DNA of 64,000 nt from Octopus bimaculoides (lineage: Eukaryota), in NCBI RefSeq assembly GCF_001194135.2, contig NC_068986.1, positions 92,997,225 through 93,061,224 on the forward strand, given 5' to 3'. Position 1 is the first letter of the stretch; each line of letters opens with the position of its first letter. Position numbers and translations under genes: made by a program. Below the pieces are notes generated by a model. The model was not told where the DNA came from, ran no database searches, and saw only the letters and a program-made list of their open reading frames with translations. This document shows, in pieces, positions 1-12,388 of the stretch.

Positions 1-334
1 GTTTCTCTAAAAGAAATGGAAAAACTTTCAAAATACAAAGACCTGGAAATAGAGATAACTCGAATGTGGAATCTAAAAACAGAAACAATTCCTATCATAG
101 TAGGTGCCTTAGGTATAATAAAAAAATATTCAGACAAATACATAACGAAAACACCAGGACTTACAAATATATATAACATACAGAAAATTGCACTACTGGG
201 TACTGCACACATTCTACGCAAAACACTTTCAATACAGTAAACATAAGAGCACCACAGCAAACCACAGCACATACCCAAGGCGCACAGAGCTGCGCTCGGT
301 AGTGAAGTGAAAGCACGTTATGAAAATAAAACTA

Positions 335-370
<36 letters not shown>
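1..370 (+). mobile_element. 3' end of a Dong/R4-like (restriction-like endonuclease) non-LTR retrotransposon: C-terminal ORF part (1-240), 3' UTR, (TAA)n tail
   Basis: Frame 1 is open from base 1 to the stop at 240: EKLSKYKDLEIEITRMWNLKTETIPIIVGALG...QKIALLGTAHILRKTLS, carrying the RLE KxxKY motif and the typical R4/Dong C-terminus. A ~100-bp UTR follows, then (AAT)n at 338-370. Dong elements are known to target TAA repeats. Confidence 0.85.
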
Positions 371-371
<1 letters not shown>

Positions 372-547
372 GCAACAAGTAGAAGAATTGTCTCTAATAT
401 AAGTAAAAGGCTACAAAGTTTGGAGAAAGGAACAGTCACTCAAATCAACTCAGTACCTAACTGGTATTTATTTTATCGAAGAACCTGGATGAATAAAAGA
501 CAGTTACTCAAGGTAAGGAATTTGAATTTAGAAGGTGGAGATATGAG

Positions 548-790
548 ATTCTACCATCTCCTCCTCCTCCACATCATTCAATGTCCATGTTCTATGTAGT
601 CATGGGTTGGACAGCTTGACAGGATCCATTGGGCCTCACCCAAAAAACTCCCTTGTGCTCCAGTCTCTGCTTTGGCAAGGTTTTTTTTTAGATGGAACCC
701 CTTCCTAATGCCACCACATCACAGCATTTACTAGGGGCTTTTTTCATACCACAAGCACTTGTGAGGCTATCATGCAGCTTACAAAATTAT
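548..790 (-). repeat. Degenerate RTE-type 3'-tail repeat (family B)
   Basis: catcatt..aatgtccatgtt..catgggttggacagcttgac..cccttcctaatgccacc is the reverse of the family B tail. Confidence 0.6.
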
Positions 791-1116
791 GAAAAATTAC
801 CTTCTCAAATGGAAAATTTTAGTCAAGGAGATGAGGGGTAAAAGATAGAAGTAGGAGTGAAGGGACTAGAGCAGAACAAGTTTCTTGCTGTAAAAGAGCT
901 ACATGACTACTTGTATTTTAATTGTATTAATAATTAGCACACAAGACCACCAAATTTGTGGGTGATAAATATAGTCAATAAATCTGATTCAGTAAATTAC
1001 TGGTGGGTATTTTATTGATCCTGCCACAAGACACCACTAAAGATTGATTGTTTTTTAGATTGACACAGAGCCAAAATTTGTTGGGGGTAGGATACAGTTG
1101 ATTATATTAACCTTAG

Positions 1117-1205
1117 CACTTGATTGGTACTTGATTTTATCAATATTCACTCGACTGGTACTTGATTTTATCAAGCCCACTCAACTGCTACTTGATTTTA
1201 TCAAC
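1117..1205. repeat. Three ~31-bp tandem copies of a SINE-internal segment
   Basis: cact(t/c)(g/a)a(t/c)tg(g/c)tacttgattttatcaa repeated three times inside a family C SINE. Confidence 0.75.
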
Positions 1206-1304
1206 TTTGGAAGGATAATTGACAAGGCAAAATTTGAACTTAACATAAATATTGCAAGTTGTTGCTGTTGTTTAGCATTATTTTTATATTTATGCGCCCT
1301 TTTA

Positions 1305-1590
1305 AAGCCTAGCCAGGCTCTTGGGCCCAGTTTCCCGGTTTCTATGGCGTATGTATCCCCCACCTCCAGCTGGACGGGACGCCAGTCCATCGCAGCTTTA
1401 CTCAAGAAAAAGTGAGAGAAAGTTGGGGCAAAAAGAGTACAACAGGGGTCGCCACCACCCCCTGCCGGAGCCTCATGGAGCTTTAGGTGTTTTCACTCAA
1501 TAAACACACACAACGCATGCTCTGGGAATCGAAACTGCGATTCTCCGATCGCGAGTCCGCTGCCCTAACCACTGGGCTATTGTGCCTCCA
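1305..1590 (-). mobile_element. Young tRNA-derived SINE with V-SINE-like 3' part
   Basis: Minus strand: head ggaggcacaaTAGCCCAGTGGttagggc..GTTTCGATTCCc (A and B boxes); tail ctgcgatggactggcgtcccgtccag..gaaaccgggaaactggg; CpG-rich. Confidence 0.8.
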
Positions 1591-1810
1591 ATGTTTAGCA
1601 TTAGGTTGACATTTATTTAGCAAATCCAGACCTATGATTAAAAGCATTCTAGCCTTAACCAGATTGTCTTTTCAGAAATAGCTTGAAAGGACTACATGTT
1701 CCAATGCATCCTTCGTAGTTTAAGATAAGGGTGTATGATTTGAGAGAGATTCGACTGCTATTTCAAGTGAGTTAAGTGACCACAGAAAGATTCTCTCATT
1801 AGTTGGAAAT
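1590..1810. repeat. Dispersed repeat family D (~200 bp, unclassified); other copies near 5866-6075, 8780-8910, 17860-18075, 23740-23945, 30485-30670, 38380-38545, 51280-51450, 55360-55550, 56860-57010
   Basis: Shared motifs cagacctatgatcaaaggcattccag..gactacattatccaatg..gatttgagggagatttggctgctatttctagc in both orientations. Confidence 0.65.
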
Positions 1811-1969
1811 ATATTACAAGTCTTATAGTCATGAACTCTGCTACATTTGAAAACCACTGCTTTTTTTATATAATTCTTTCTACTATGGACACAAGGCATG
1901 AAATTTTGAAGGGAGTTGCTTACATTAAACCCCAGTGCTCAACTGAAACTTATTTTGCCAACCCCAAAA

Positions 1970-2200
1970 GGTGGAGGTATATGGCTTAGTGATGATAGAA
2001 TTATGGTTTTGATTTCTGGACTTGACGCAACAATGTGTTGTGTTCTTGAACAAAACACTTCATTTTCACATTGTTCCAGTTCACTCAGCAGGTAAAAAAG
2101 AGTAGTCCTGCGATGGACCACGTCCAGTCCAGAAAGGAATGTATCCACCAGACAAACTGGGAAACTAGCTCTATGTTCATAATGGAGTAATATAGACAAA
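1970..2200 (+). mobile_element. tRNA-derived SINE (V/CORE-like) nested in a family C SINE
   Basis: tgtgttcttgaacaaaacacttcatttt..ttgttccagttcactcagc..ctgcgatggacc. Flanks ccccaaaag and aaaggcaaagtc are the two halves of the family C core. Confidence 0.65.
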
Positions 2201-2574
2201 CTGACCAAAAGGCAAAGTCAGCATTAGTGACATTTGAACTCAGAATGTAAATCTGGAAGAAAAGTGTTCTAATGATTCTGCATTCTTACTGCTCTTTATG
2301 TAATAAAATGGTAATGTTTAATGTTTTCTACATTAGATTCAAAGAACCCCCCCCCCGTTTCCAAGGGTAGTTACAGTTGATTATATCAACACCAGTATTT
2401 AACTGGCACTTATTCTATCACCCACACTTCCTCTTTCCCTTTGGGAGGATAAAAGCAAAGTTGACCTCATCGAGGCTTGAACTCAGATCATACATGAAAA
2501 TAATAAAATACAAGTTGTTTCATCTGACACTTTACTGATTCTACCTGTCTCTAAATGTTTCTTACATTAGCACG

Positions 2575-2756
2575 TAAAATCACTCACTACACTCTCAGAG
2601 TGGTTGTCGTTAGGAAGGGCATCCAGCTGTAGAAACTCTGCCAAATCAGATTGGAGCCTGGTGTAGCCATCTGGTTCACCAGTCATCAGTCAAGCCGTCC
2701 AACCCATGCTAGCATGGAAAGCAGACGTTAAACGATGATGATGATGATGATGATGA
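2575..2756 (+). repeat. RTE-type 3'-tail repeat (family B), young, (GAT)n tail
   Basis: actacactctcagagtggttgtcgttaggaagggcatccagctgtagaaactctgcc..gcatggaaagcagacgttaaacgatgatgatg. Confidence 0.85.
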
Positions 2757-3077
2757 TCGGCATAAGGGCAGACATTTGAATAGAGGTGATGGTGGTGGTG
2801 GGGAGGTCAGTATGTTAATGTGACAAGTACTTGTCTTTTGCTATTTTAGTGACCCTAGGAAAATGAAAGCTAAAAAGGATGTAACCAGATGCTGCAAAAC
2901 ATTTTTGTCTGTTGCTTTACCGATTCCACCATCCACAATATTATTATTATTATTATTATTATTATTCTGTTGCTATTATCACCAAACTTTTCAAGCTGGC
3001 TTTCATTCAATAAAAGCCAACTTCATTATAATGTAGCAATTTACTGCTTCATTAAACAAAGGTGTTCTCTCCATCCC

Positions 3078-3119
<42 letters not shown>

Positions 3120-3202
3120 CTTTTCACACACACGCACGCTTGCATGCATGCAAATGTTTAATTATATGTAATGGCATATGTGTATCTAAACTCATATGTA
3201 TG

Positions 3203-3256
<54 letters not shown>

Positions 3257-3805
3257 TATATGTACAGTATATATATGTGTAGTATGCCTATATTTATGTG
3301 TATACATACATTTGTGTGTGTGTGTGCATGCATGCGTGTGTAGATGTATATATTTATGTATGTGTGGGAGATGTGCATGCACATACACATATGATGCAAG
3401 TGCATGTTTATATGTATAATATGTGTAATTCGTGCACATAAATACTTACATGTATAATGTGTTTATATGAATATGTGTATAAAAACATGTGTCTGCACCT
3501 GTGTGCATGCATGCATGCATGCATGTGTTATAAATAGATTCCAAATGGGTGAATGAAGAAATCCCTAATAAAAACAAGAATTTAATGTTATAGACTAGGT
3601 CTATTCAGTTTTGTTACAACATGGCCAGATGTTACAACTCACATCTCATTAGAGAACACTGTACACGTCTGTCTACGTTTGTTTGCTCATTCGTTGATTT
3701 AGTATATGTCTATTCTTCCATGTTAGCACGTTAGCTGGATATACATTTTTGAGGCATTGTTTTACAGCTGGATGCTTTTTCTGTTGCTAACCCTTATTTT
3801 CCAAG

Positions 3806-3981
3806 CACCCACTACACTCTCGGAGTGGTTGGCGTTAGGAAGGGCATCCAGCTGTACGAACTCTGCCAGATGAGATTGGAGCCTGGTGCAGCCATCCGGT
3901 TCACCAGTCCTCAGTCAAATTATCCAACCCATGCTAGCATGGAAAGCGGACGTTAAACGATGATGATGATGATGATGATGA
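3806..3981 (+). repeat. Family B RTE-type tail, young
   Basis: Near-identical to 2575-2756; (GAT)n tail. Confidence 0.85.
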
Positions 3982-4092
3982 CGACTTTAGACATATTCAA
4001 AAGCATGGAGCTTGTGAATGTCAACAAAATGTTGTTTGTTGCTCAATGTTTCTTGAAGCTAGGAATGTAAACAATCTCTCTCTCTCTCTCTT

Positions 4093-4136
<44 letters not shown>

Positions 4137-4137
<1 letters not shown>

Positions 4138-4300
4138 TACACACATACATATTGTGCTTCCATGCTGTTTTTTTTTTCCAAAATTGACTTGCAAGGAATT
4201 AATTGGCCCAAGGCTATAGCAGAAGATACTTGCTTTAGTTGCTGTCCATTGGGACTGAACCTGAGACCATGAAGTTCAGAAGTGGATCCATTACACACAC
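4137..4300 (-). mobile_element. Partial tRNA/CORE SINE (family A)
   Basis: ccaaggctatagcagaagatacttgc..gggactgaacctgagaccatg is the reverse of the family A head and CORE. Confidence 0.6.
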
Positions 4301-4424
4301 ACATACACATACATGCGGTGCAGATACTTACATACAGATACACTCACTCTGAACTTGCCCTCAAAATTCTTTGAGTTTAGCTGGACATATGTACAGCTAA
4401 ACTCAAGCACAGTCAGACTCCAGT

Positions 4425-4945
4425 AAAGTCACACTCAAGCAGATTCAGACTGTTACATTCAAACATGGTTACACTAAAGTACACTCATTCTCTATCACAA
4501 CCACTCTCAAGTAGCTATACTCAAACATTATCTCACTTATACACAGTTACACTCAAGTATGATTACACTCAAGCATGATTATATTCAAGCATGATTTTAC
4601 TCAAGCATGACTATACTCAAGCATGACTACACTCAAGCATGACTACACTCAAGCATGACTACACTCAAGCATGACTACACTCAAGCATGACTACACTCAA
4701 GCATAACTCCACTCAAGCATGACTACACTCAAGCATGACTACACTCAAGCATGACTATACTCAAGCAGGATTACACTCAAGCATGACTATACTCAAGCAT
4801 GATTACACTCAAGCATAATTACACCCAAGCATAATTACACTCAAGCTCAGTCACGCTGAAACCCAGTCACCCTCAAGCCCAATCACCCTCAAGCCCAATC
4901 ACCCTCAAGCCCAATCACCCTCAAGCTCAATCACCCTCAAGCCTA
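4425..4945. repeat. 16-bp minisatellite with graded unit change
   Basis: About 18-20 copies of actcaagcatgactac (4540-4850), then 4-5 copies of cctcaagcccaatcac (4860-4945); degenerate units upstream. Confidence 0.9.
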
Positions 4946-5561
4946 GTCATTCTCCTATGGCTACATTCAAGCTCATTCATACTTCAGGACATTCATCCCT
5001 TGATTATTGACAGTCCAGTACTCTGTTTATTATCACCCAACCACAGACAGGCCCTATTTTTACTAGAATCTAGTGAAAGGATAAACACACACACACACAC
5101 ACGCACACATAACTGTTGATTCATCAGGTGTTTTTAATTGCCGATAATTTCATTCCTTTCTTTTTCAGTCATCCCTCTCCTCTCATCATTCTCCATGTTA
5201 AAGATGACTCACAATATATCTCTCCTTCGATCTCTCCCTGCATGCATGCGTGTGTGTGTGTGCATGTGCATGCGTATGTCTCTTTCTCTCGCCTCACACC
5301 ACTACTTATATTGACTCTGACTCATCTAAAATATTAATGATACAGGCTCCAGCTGGATCACAGTTCCTGGTATGTATGTATACATTATACATATATGTAT
5401 ATACATGTGTGTATATGTGCGTGTGTGTGTATATGTATATATAAACACACACATGTATGCATGTATGCATATATGTATATATATAACACACATATGTACA
5501 TGTATATATATATGAATATAAATGTGTGTGTGTATCTGTGTGCACATATAAATGTATGTGC

Positions 5562-5621
<60 letters not shown>

Positions 5622-5749
5622 ACTAAATACACACACATGTACATGTATATGTATGAATATATAAGTAGGTTGTATGTGTGTGTATTTATTTATATATAAT
5701 ATATAAACACATACAAACATATATACATATGAAGGTGTGTGAGTGTGTA

Positions 5750-5830
<81 letters not shown>

Positions 5831-6144
5831 GCATATATATATGCATGTATATACATGTGTAGTTATATGACCCCAGGTCATTCTGATTATCCAACAGACC
5901 TTTGATCAAAGGCATTCCAGTTATGAGGCTTCTGTATCTCATAGGATGTGTTGGACTGCATTATCTAATGCAGGCTTTCCATATTTAAGACAGTTCAATG
6001 TGATCTGATGGAGATTTAGCTGCTATTTCTTACAGGATAGTAACCATGTAGAGGCTTCCTTGTTTGCTCATTCATATAAATGTTTGTATGCATGTTATGT
6101 AGTTTGTTCTATTTTATTTTTAGTTTTTTTTATATACATTATTG

Positions 6145-6600
6145 GCGGGCGTCTTGGTTGAGTGGTTAAGAATCCTCCCTTTGTATTAACATGACTTGGA
6201 GTTCAGTTCTGCTGTGTGATGGCTTTGGCAAGTGTCTTCTATTATAGTCCCAGGCTGACCAATGCCTTCTGAGTGGATTTGGTAGACAGGATCTCTGTGG
6301 AAACCTGTCGTGAATGTGTGTGTGCGTGCGCGCGTGTGTGTGTGTTGGCGTTTGTGTATGTTCTCGCTAGTGCTTGACAACTGTGTTAGTTTATTCTTTA
6401 TTCTTTTATTTGTTTCAGTCATTTGACTGTGGCCATATTGGAGCACCATTTGTTTACATATCTATAACTCAGCAGCTTGGCAAAAAAGACTGATTGAATA
6501 AGCATCAAACTTTAAAAAATACCGAATTTTATTCATTTGACTAAACTCTTTAGCATGGCTACACTCTAATAACTGAAACAAGCAAAAGATTAAAGACCAG
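6145..6600 (+). mobile_element. Degenerate tRNA/CORE SINE (family A) containing an inverted family A tail
   Basis: gagtggttaag..gagttcagttc..ggcaagtgtcttctattatag..ggatttggtagac; inverted tail near 6395-6450. Confidence 0.65.
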
Positions 6601-6764
6601 TTGTCACTTTAAGATTCTCTACCTGCCTCTTTATCCCTTGTGTAACCTAGGTATCATTTCGTTGTTTTCTTGTTCCTGGACTGCAAAAGTATAATCTTGA
6701 AAGTGAGAGCTTTTATGTTCCGAGCCAGACTACTTTGAAGTTTTCTGACAACATAGTCATGTGT

Positions 6765-6959
6765 GACTTTACTCTTTTACTTGTTTCAGCCATTTGACTG
6801 CGGCCATGCTGTAGCACTGCCTTTAGTTGAGCAAATCGACCCCAGGACTTATTCATTGTAAGCCTAGTACTTATTCTATCGGTCTTTTTTTCCGAACCGC
6901 TGAGTTACGGGGACGTAAACACACCAGCATCGGTTGTTAAGTGATGTTGGGGGGACAAA

Positions 6960-7003
<44 letters not shown>

Positions 7004-7170
7004 CATACAATGGGCTTCTTTCAGTTTCCGTCTACCAAATTCACTCACAAGGCTTTGGTCAGTCCGAGGCTATAGTAGAAGACACCTGCCCACGGTGCCC
7101 CACAGTGGGACTGAACCCGGAACCTGGAACCATGTGGTTGGTAAGCAAGCTACTTACCACACAGCCACTC
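6765..7170 (-). mobile_element. Full-length tRNA/CORE SINE (family A; Octopus OR-type by recognition)
   Basis: Reverse of head ggctgtgtggtaagtagcttgc..ggttccgggttcagtccc, a CORE-like segment, an internal (CA)n tract and tail cagtcaaatggctgaaacaagtaaaagagt. Confidence 0.85.
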
Positions 7171-7929
7171 CAGATTCACCATCCTTAATAAAATTTTCAA
7201 TAGCAAACATACAGTATGCAACGACCCAAGCTATGAAGGTAACCAGAAAGGAACAACCACATATTAGTTACGTGAAAACACCATTGTCACCTTCCTAACT
7301 TTGCTTGTACTACAAGAATGGCCATATAAAATGTAGTGGGGGGGGGGGTTCTCTCATACCTTGTACTTTCAGATCATTTACAAAACAAGCAATGTGTTAG
7401 ATTGGTGTTTTGTCTTACTGTGAATAAATCTGTATCCTTTAGATTTTCTCAGCGAAAAGAACAAGGAGTTTACTGAATTTTGAACAGCATCATAAGGAGT
7501 GACTGTCTCCTTGAAATATACCCCTGTGACGGTCTGTATCCTAGTAGTGACATTACACCCACTTAGAGTTATCTCCAGGATGAAGTCAGGTTGTCTATGG
7601 TTCTGATTATGGTGTCTGGTGTGTTAACATGCATCCATGAGTCAAGCGCAGTCTTGTAATCCATTCCAAGAAATCCTTCCTGAGTATCTAAAATGCTACC
7701 AGATCTCTGACATCACAGTGATGTTAATTAGAATTTGCTCAGCACTTCTAATTACCCTCCTTATCTTCTTTTCAGCTGCCTGTTCAACTGTCATGTTATT
7801 TCTATCACAGTGGTCTTGAAACAGGTTAAGACACATTGTGAAGATACATATATGTATCCTGGATTCATTTAACCATACTCTTTCTCTGCCAATTTGTGGC
7901 TGAGTGCCAAACTAAGAAAATATTAATTT

Positions 7930-8160
7930 TTACAGTAAGGTGGCAAACTGGCAGTACTGTTGGAGCAATGGAAAAAAAATGTTGCAGTATCTTCTGATTC
8001 ATTACATTCTGAGTTCAAATTCTGCCAGTTTCAGCTTTGTCTTTCATCTTTCTGGGGTTGATAAAATAAGTACCAGTTGAGCTCTGGGGTCAATGTAATT
8101 GACTTATCCCATCCCCAATAAAATTACTGGCCTTGTGCCAAATTTTGAAACCATTATTAA
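7930..8160 (+). mobile_element. tRNA-derived SINE family C
   Basis: ctggcag..ttctgagttcaaattctgcc..ctttcatctttctggggttgataaaataagtaccagttgag..ggccttgtgccaaaattttgaaacc. Confidence 0.75.
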
Positions 8161-8224
8161 TTTTTACTGCGGTGGAATTGGTAGAGTACTGGAACTAAAT
8201 GTCTTTTATTGTTATGTTCTTTAT

Positions 8225-8666
8225 GTTGCCTTTTATTGCACCATATGAGCATGGTCAATGCCAGTGCTAACTGACTTGTCCTGTACCAGTGGCACATAAA
8301 AAGCACCATTTGAGTATGGTTGTTGCCAATGCTGCCTGACTGGCTCCCATACTGGTGGCACGTAAAATGCGCCATTTAAGCATGGTCGATGCCAGTGCTG
8401 CCTGACTGGCTACTGTGCTGGTGGCACATAAAAAGCACCATTTAAGCATGACCAATGCCAGTACTGCCTGATGGTCTCCATGCCGGTGGCATGTAAAAAG
8501 CACCCACTACACTTTTAGAGTGGTTGGCATTAGGAAGGGTATCCAGTTGTAGAAATCTTGCCAGAATCAGATTGGTGCCTGGTGCAGCCTTCTGGCTTGC
8601 CATTCCTCAATCAAACCGTCTGACCCATGCCAGCATGGAAAGCAGATGTTAAATGATGATGATGAT
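8225..8666 (+). repeat. Family B with ~4 tandem ~62-bp upstream modules
   Basis: gccagtgctgcctgactggct..ggtggcacataaaaagcaccatttaagcatg repeated, followed by the RTE-type tail. Confidence 0.8.
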
Positions 8667-9889
8667 TCTCTTTCAGGGATTGATAAAATAAAGTACTAGT
8701 CAACTAATGAGGATTAGCTTAAACCAAATATGCTCCTTTCTTGAAAATTGGTACCTGGACCAATGTAATAAACCACGAACAAGCTGATCTATGATCAAGA
8801 GATCTAGTGTATTCAATCCTTCTTTAAAATGATTGGGTCTAATGTGAGGAACATTTAGCTGCTATTTTTAGCAGGTTAAGCAACTGTGTAGAGGCTACTA
8901 TGTTTGGCTTAATTACTTTTCCAGAGTGCATGATAGGCTTGGTTGAATGCCAAATAATAGAACTTTTGGTATTATATCATTTTACATTTTGAGTTCAAAT
9001 CCTACCAGGGTCTGTCTACTGTGACTTTCACCCTTCTGGAGTCAGTAAATTAGGTACCAGTTATGTACTGAGGGACAAAGCTGTTTAATTAAATCTACTT
9101 TTCCCTTGGAAAAAATCTTACCTTGCATCTATGATCGCATTCGTTGTTGTTCTTGCTGCTGTTGTTACAGCTGCTGTTTTTGTTGTTGCTGTGGCTATTG
9201 TTGTTGTTGTTATATTATCTTTGATATTAGGGATATGGAAGTGTGTATGCTCTCCCCTATTTCTCTGAAGATGGACTGAACCAGACTAGGAAAGAAATGT
9301 TATGTTACTGACGTGAATCATAAAAACTCAACTTGCTATATGTTTTGCTTTCTGCGTCTGTCTGTGTGTCTGCTCTATTTTTTTTCATGTTTTGGCATCT
9401 TTGGCATACAATTTATTTTCAAGAGGAAGCATACATTAATGTGAACTTACATGTGCATGCGTGCACACACACAAGCAGATAAGTACATGCACCTACACAT
9501 ACATATGTAGATATATATACATACACACACACGTGCACATAGTTAGATATATGTATATACATTTTTGGTGTGTGTATATATGTATATATATGTATTGATA
9601 TACACACATGTACGTATATATTTTTTTATATATATTAAATGCACACACAAAGGTATACAAATATATATGTGTGTATGTGCACACACACATACATACAACC
9701 ATGCATTTGTATTTTTGTACATATAATATATATGCATACATGTATAGCTGTGTATGTGTGTATGCACACTCACATACGCACACATATATTCAAGTGTTAC
9801 TTTTTGTCAACAAGTGAGAAGAAGAGTACTCAGTATGTGTTTATTTGAAAAGAATTCCTTTCTTGTGATCTGAATTTCACAACACAGTA

Positions 9890-9978
9890 ATTGTCGATTT
9901 CCTCGACTAAAGGCGGTGCTCCAGCATGGCCGCAGTCAAATGACTGAAACAAGTAAAAGAGTAAGGAGTAAAGAGAGT
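9890..9978 (+). mobile_element. 5'-truncated family A tail
   Basis: gtcgattt..cgactaaaggcggtgctccagcatggccgcagtcaaatgactgaaacaagtaaaagagtaaggagt. Confidence 0.75.
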
Positions 9979-11042
9979 ATTTAATTTCTTGATTTTCTTA
10001 ATGAGTGTATATTTCTCCCTCAAGGGTCTCTATTTCTAGTTTTTATCAAGAGTTGTGTTAGAGTGTGGTTTGAACATGTACTGATAATTCTATCATCATA
10101 CATTTTCCATATCACTTTGATATCTGAAGAAGTACATGATGCGTCATCATTTAATATCTGTCTTCCTTGCTGACGTGGGTTGTATGTCTCAACAGTATCC
10201 AGCACAAGTCGGAGGACTGCACTGTGTTTCAATATCTTCTTTGGCATCACACATAACTGCATCCCAGTTTGTTTTGCATGTATCCATATTGCGAAATGGA
10301 CATGTTGGGATGCATGGACTTGGTTTAATCATGCAATTCTAGAAATTAGGATTAAAGTTCACCCAGTGGAGCCATGAAAGAGTTGGGAAGACCCTATTAA
10401 TCTTCCCAGGTTGAGAGAACACGACAATCTCTCTATTACAGGTGTTATCATAAAATACATCTGATACACTTTTTGTAAAGGGACTGGTGTTAAGAAGAAG
10501 AGCATCCAACAATAGAAATCATACCAAAATGAAATGTACTATCAAGGTGTGGTTATGGGACCACACTTAGGAAAGTAGTAACTCCAAATAAGGACTTGAA
10601 CTGTGACGCCCTATTCAACCTTATCAGCATGGAAAGCAATGTCAAATGGTGATGATGTAAAATGGTGATGATGATGATATTGTTGTCTAATAGAATAGTA
10701 TCCACAATTGATCTATTATGGCTATTGCTGCAGTAGTTGCTTAAAACTTGTATCTATTTACTTTGTTGTGTCTTGTTGACTCAAGTATAAATTTTGAATA
10801 CCGGAGGAAAAAAAAAAAATTGATGAAGTTATATATTTATGTTATTTTTTTTTTTTCATCTTTTACATGTTTCGGTCATCAACTTTGATGTAATATGTTT
10901 AAAGTTGTTTTGAGATGTGTTTCAAGCATTGTCAGTTTATTGATATGTCCACATATGTACAAACATACACCTAAACATGGAGACAAACTCACAAGCATAC
11001 TTACACATTCACATACATATGCATATACGTGTGTTTATGCAC

Positions 11043-11101
<59 letters not shown>

Positions 11102-11298
11102 ATAACTGACTCCGCTGTCGTTAGACGATGTATGAGGGTTCGACAATTTCTTACTGAACAACCACGCGCGTGTGTGTGTGTGTGTGTGCATGCGTGTGTG
11201 TGTGTGTGTATATGTATATATGGAAGGTCACAGTCTAATAACTGAAACAGTATGTATATGTATGTATGTGCATATGTGTATGTACGTATATGTATGTA

Positions 11299-11335
<37 letters not shown>

Positions 11336-11959
11336 CTATATGTATGTATGTATACATGTATGTATGTATGTATACATGTATGTATGTATATATGTATGTA
11401 TGTATGTATACATGTATGTATGTATGTATTTATGTGTGTATGTATGTATGTATGTATCTATATATGTATGAGTGTATGTATGTGTGTGTATGTATGCATG
11501 TGTATATGTATGTGTGTGTGTGTGTGTGTATTCATTTTATGTCTGTTTTTGCATGCTTGCATGAAATGGACAAATGTCTTGAAGCAAAGTTTTACAGCTG
11601 GGTGCCCTTCCTGATGCTAACCCTTATCTACTTTCCAAATAAAGGATTACTTATTCCGTAAGGTTTTAGAGGAATGAAGTATACCGAACAATTTGTTGAC
11701 AGTTGAAACGGACAATGGTATCACTCAGTGCACTTGCTGCACAAATGATCACAGATGTAAACAAACACACAGACACACATGCAACACGCACACATGCACA
11801 CAGAGGTCTTTTTGTTTCACTTTGACTTTCACATTCAAACCGCACTCTAAAGCTTGGTACATGCGGTGCTATAAGAGAAGATACTTATCCAAGGTGCTGT
11901 GTAGTGGAACTGAACCCCAAATCACATTGTTAGGAAGCAAGCCTCTGTACAATACAATC

Positions 11960-12280
11960 ATATCATGGCACATAAAACACACCATCCAAATGCGGTCAAT
12001 ACCAGTTCCCCCTCCTACCTCCCCGATTGGCTCTTGTGCTGGTGGCACATAAAAAGCACCATCCAAACATGGTTGATGCCAATGCCACCTGACTGGCTCC
12101 CATGCCAGTGGCACGTAAAAATCATCCACTACATTCTTGGAGTGGTTGGCATTAGGAAGGGCATCTAGCTGTAGAAACCTTGCCAGAATCAGATTGGATC
12201 CTGGTGCAGCCTACTGGCTTGCCAGTCCCCAGTGAAACCATCCAACCCATGGCAGCATGGAAAATGGACGTTAAACAATG
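11960..12280 (+). repeat. Family B with upstream modules
   Basis: ggtggcacataaaaagcacc modules plus ggttggcattaggaagggcatc..gcatggaaaatggacgttaaac. Confidence 0.75.
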
Positions 12281-12319
<39 letters not shown>

Positions 12320-12355
12320 TGTGTGTATACATGCAAAATATACACACATGCACAT

Positions 12356-12388
<33 letters not shown>

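Noticed and set aside
241-370. Dong/R4 element as the mobilising partner of family C SINEs
   Set aside because: No shared 3' sequence, and the tails have opposite polarity: (AAT)n versus (ATT)n on the sense strands
4540-4850. CRISPR-like regular repeat
   Set aside because: Contiguous 16-bp units with no unique spacers, eukaryotic context and no cas genes
7776-7824. Candidate 49-nt exon (ttttcag..ACAG|gttaag)
   Set aside because: Weak donor and no recognisable peptide. The opposite strand (KIRRVIRSAEQI) could equally be an L2/Rex remnant; neither can be supported.
9925-9965. Family A tail cagtcaaatgactGAAAcaagTAaaaga resembling the 3' half of a hammerhead
   Set aside because: A hairpin, GAAA and a UA triplet are present, but there is no CUGANGA-like strand or stem I partner upstream
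10857-10890. Minus-strand UUGAUGA-cc-GAAA-caug-UA
   Set aside because: No stem II, no stem I pairing, and C3U without compensatory G8A
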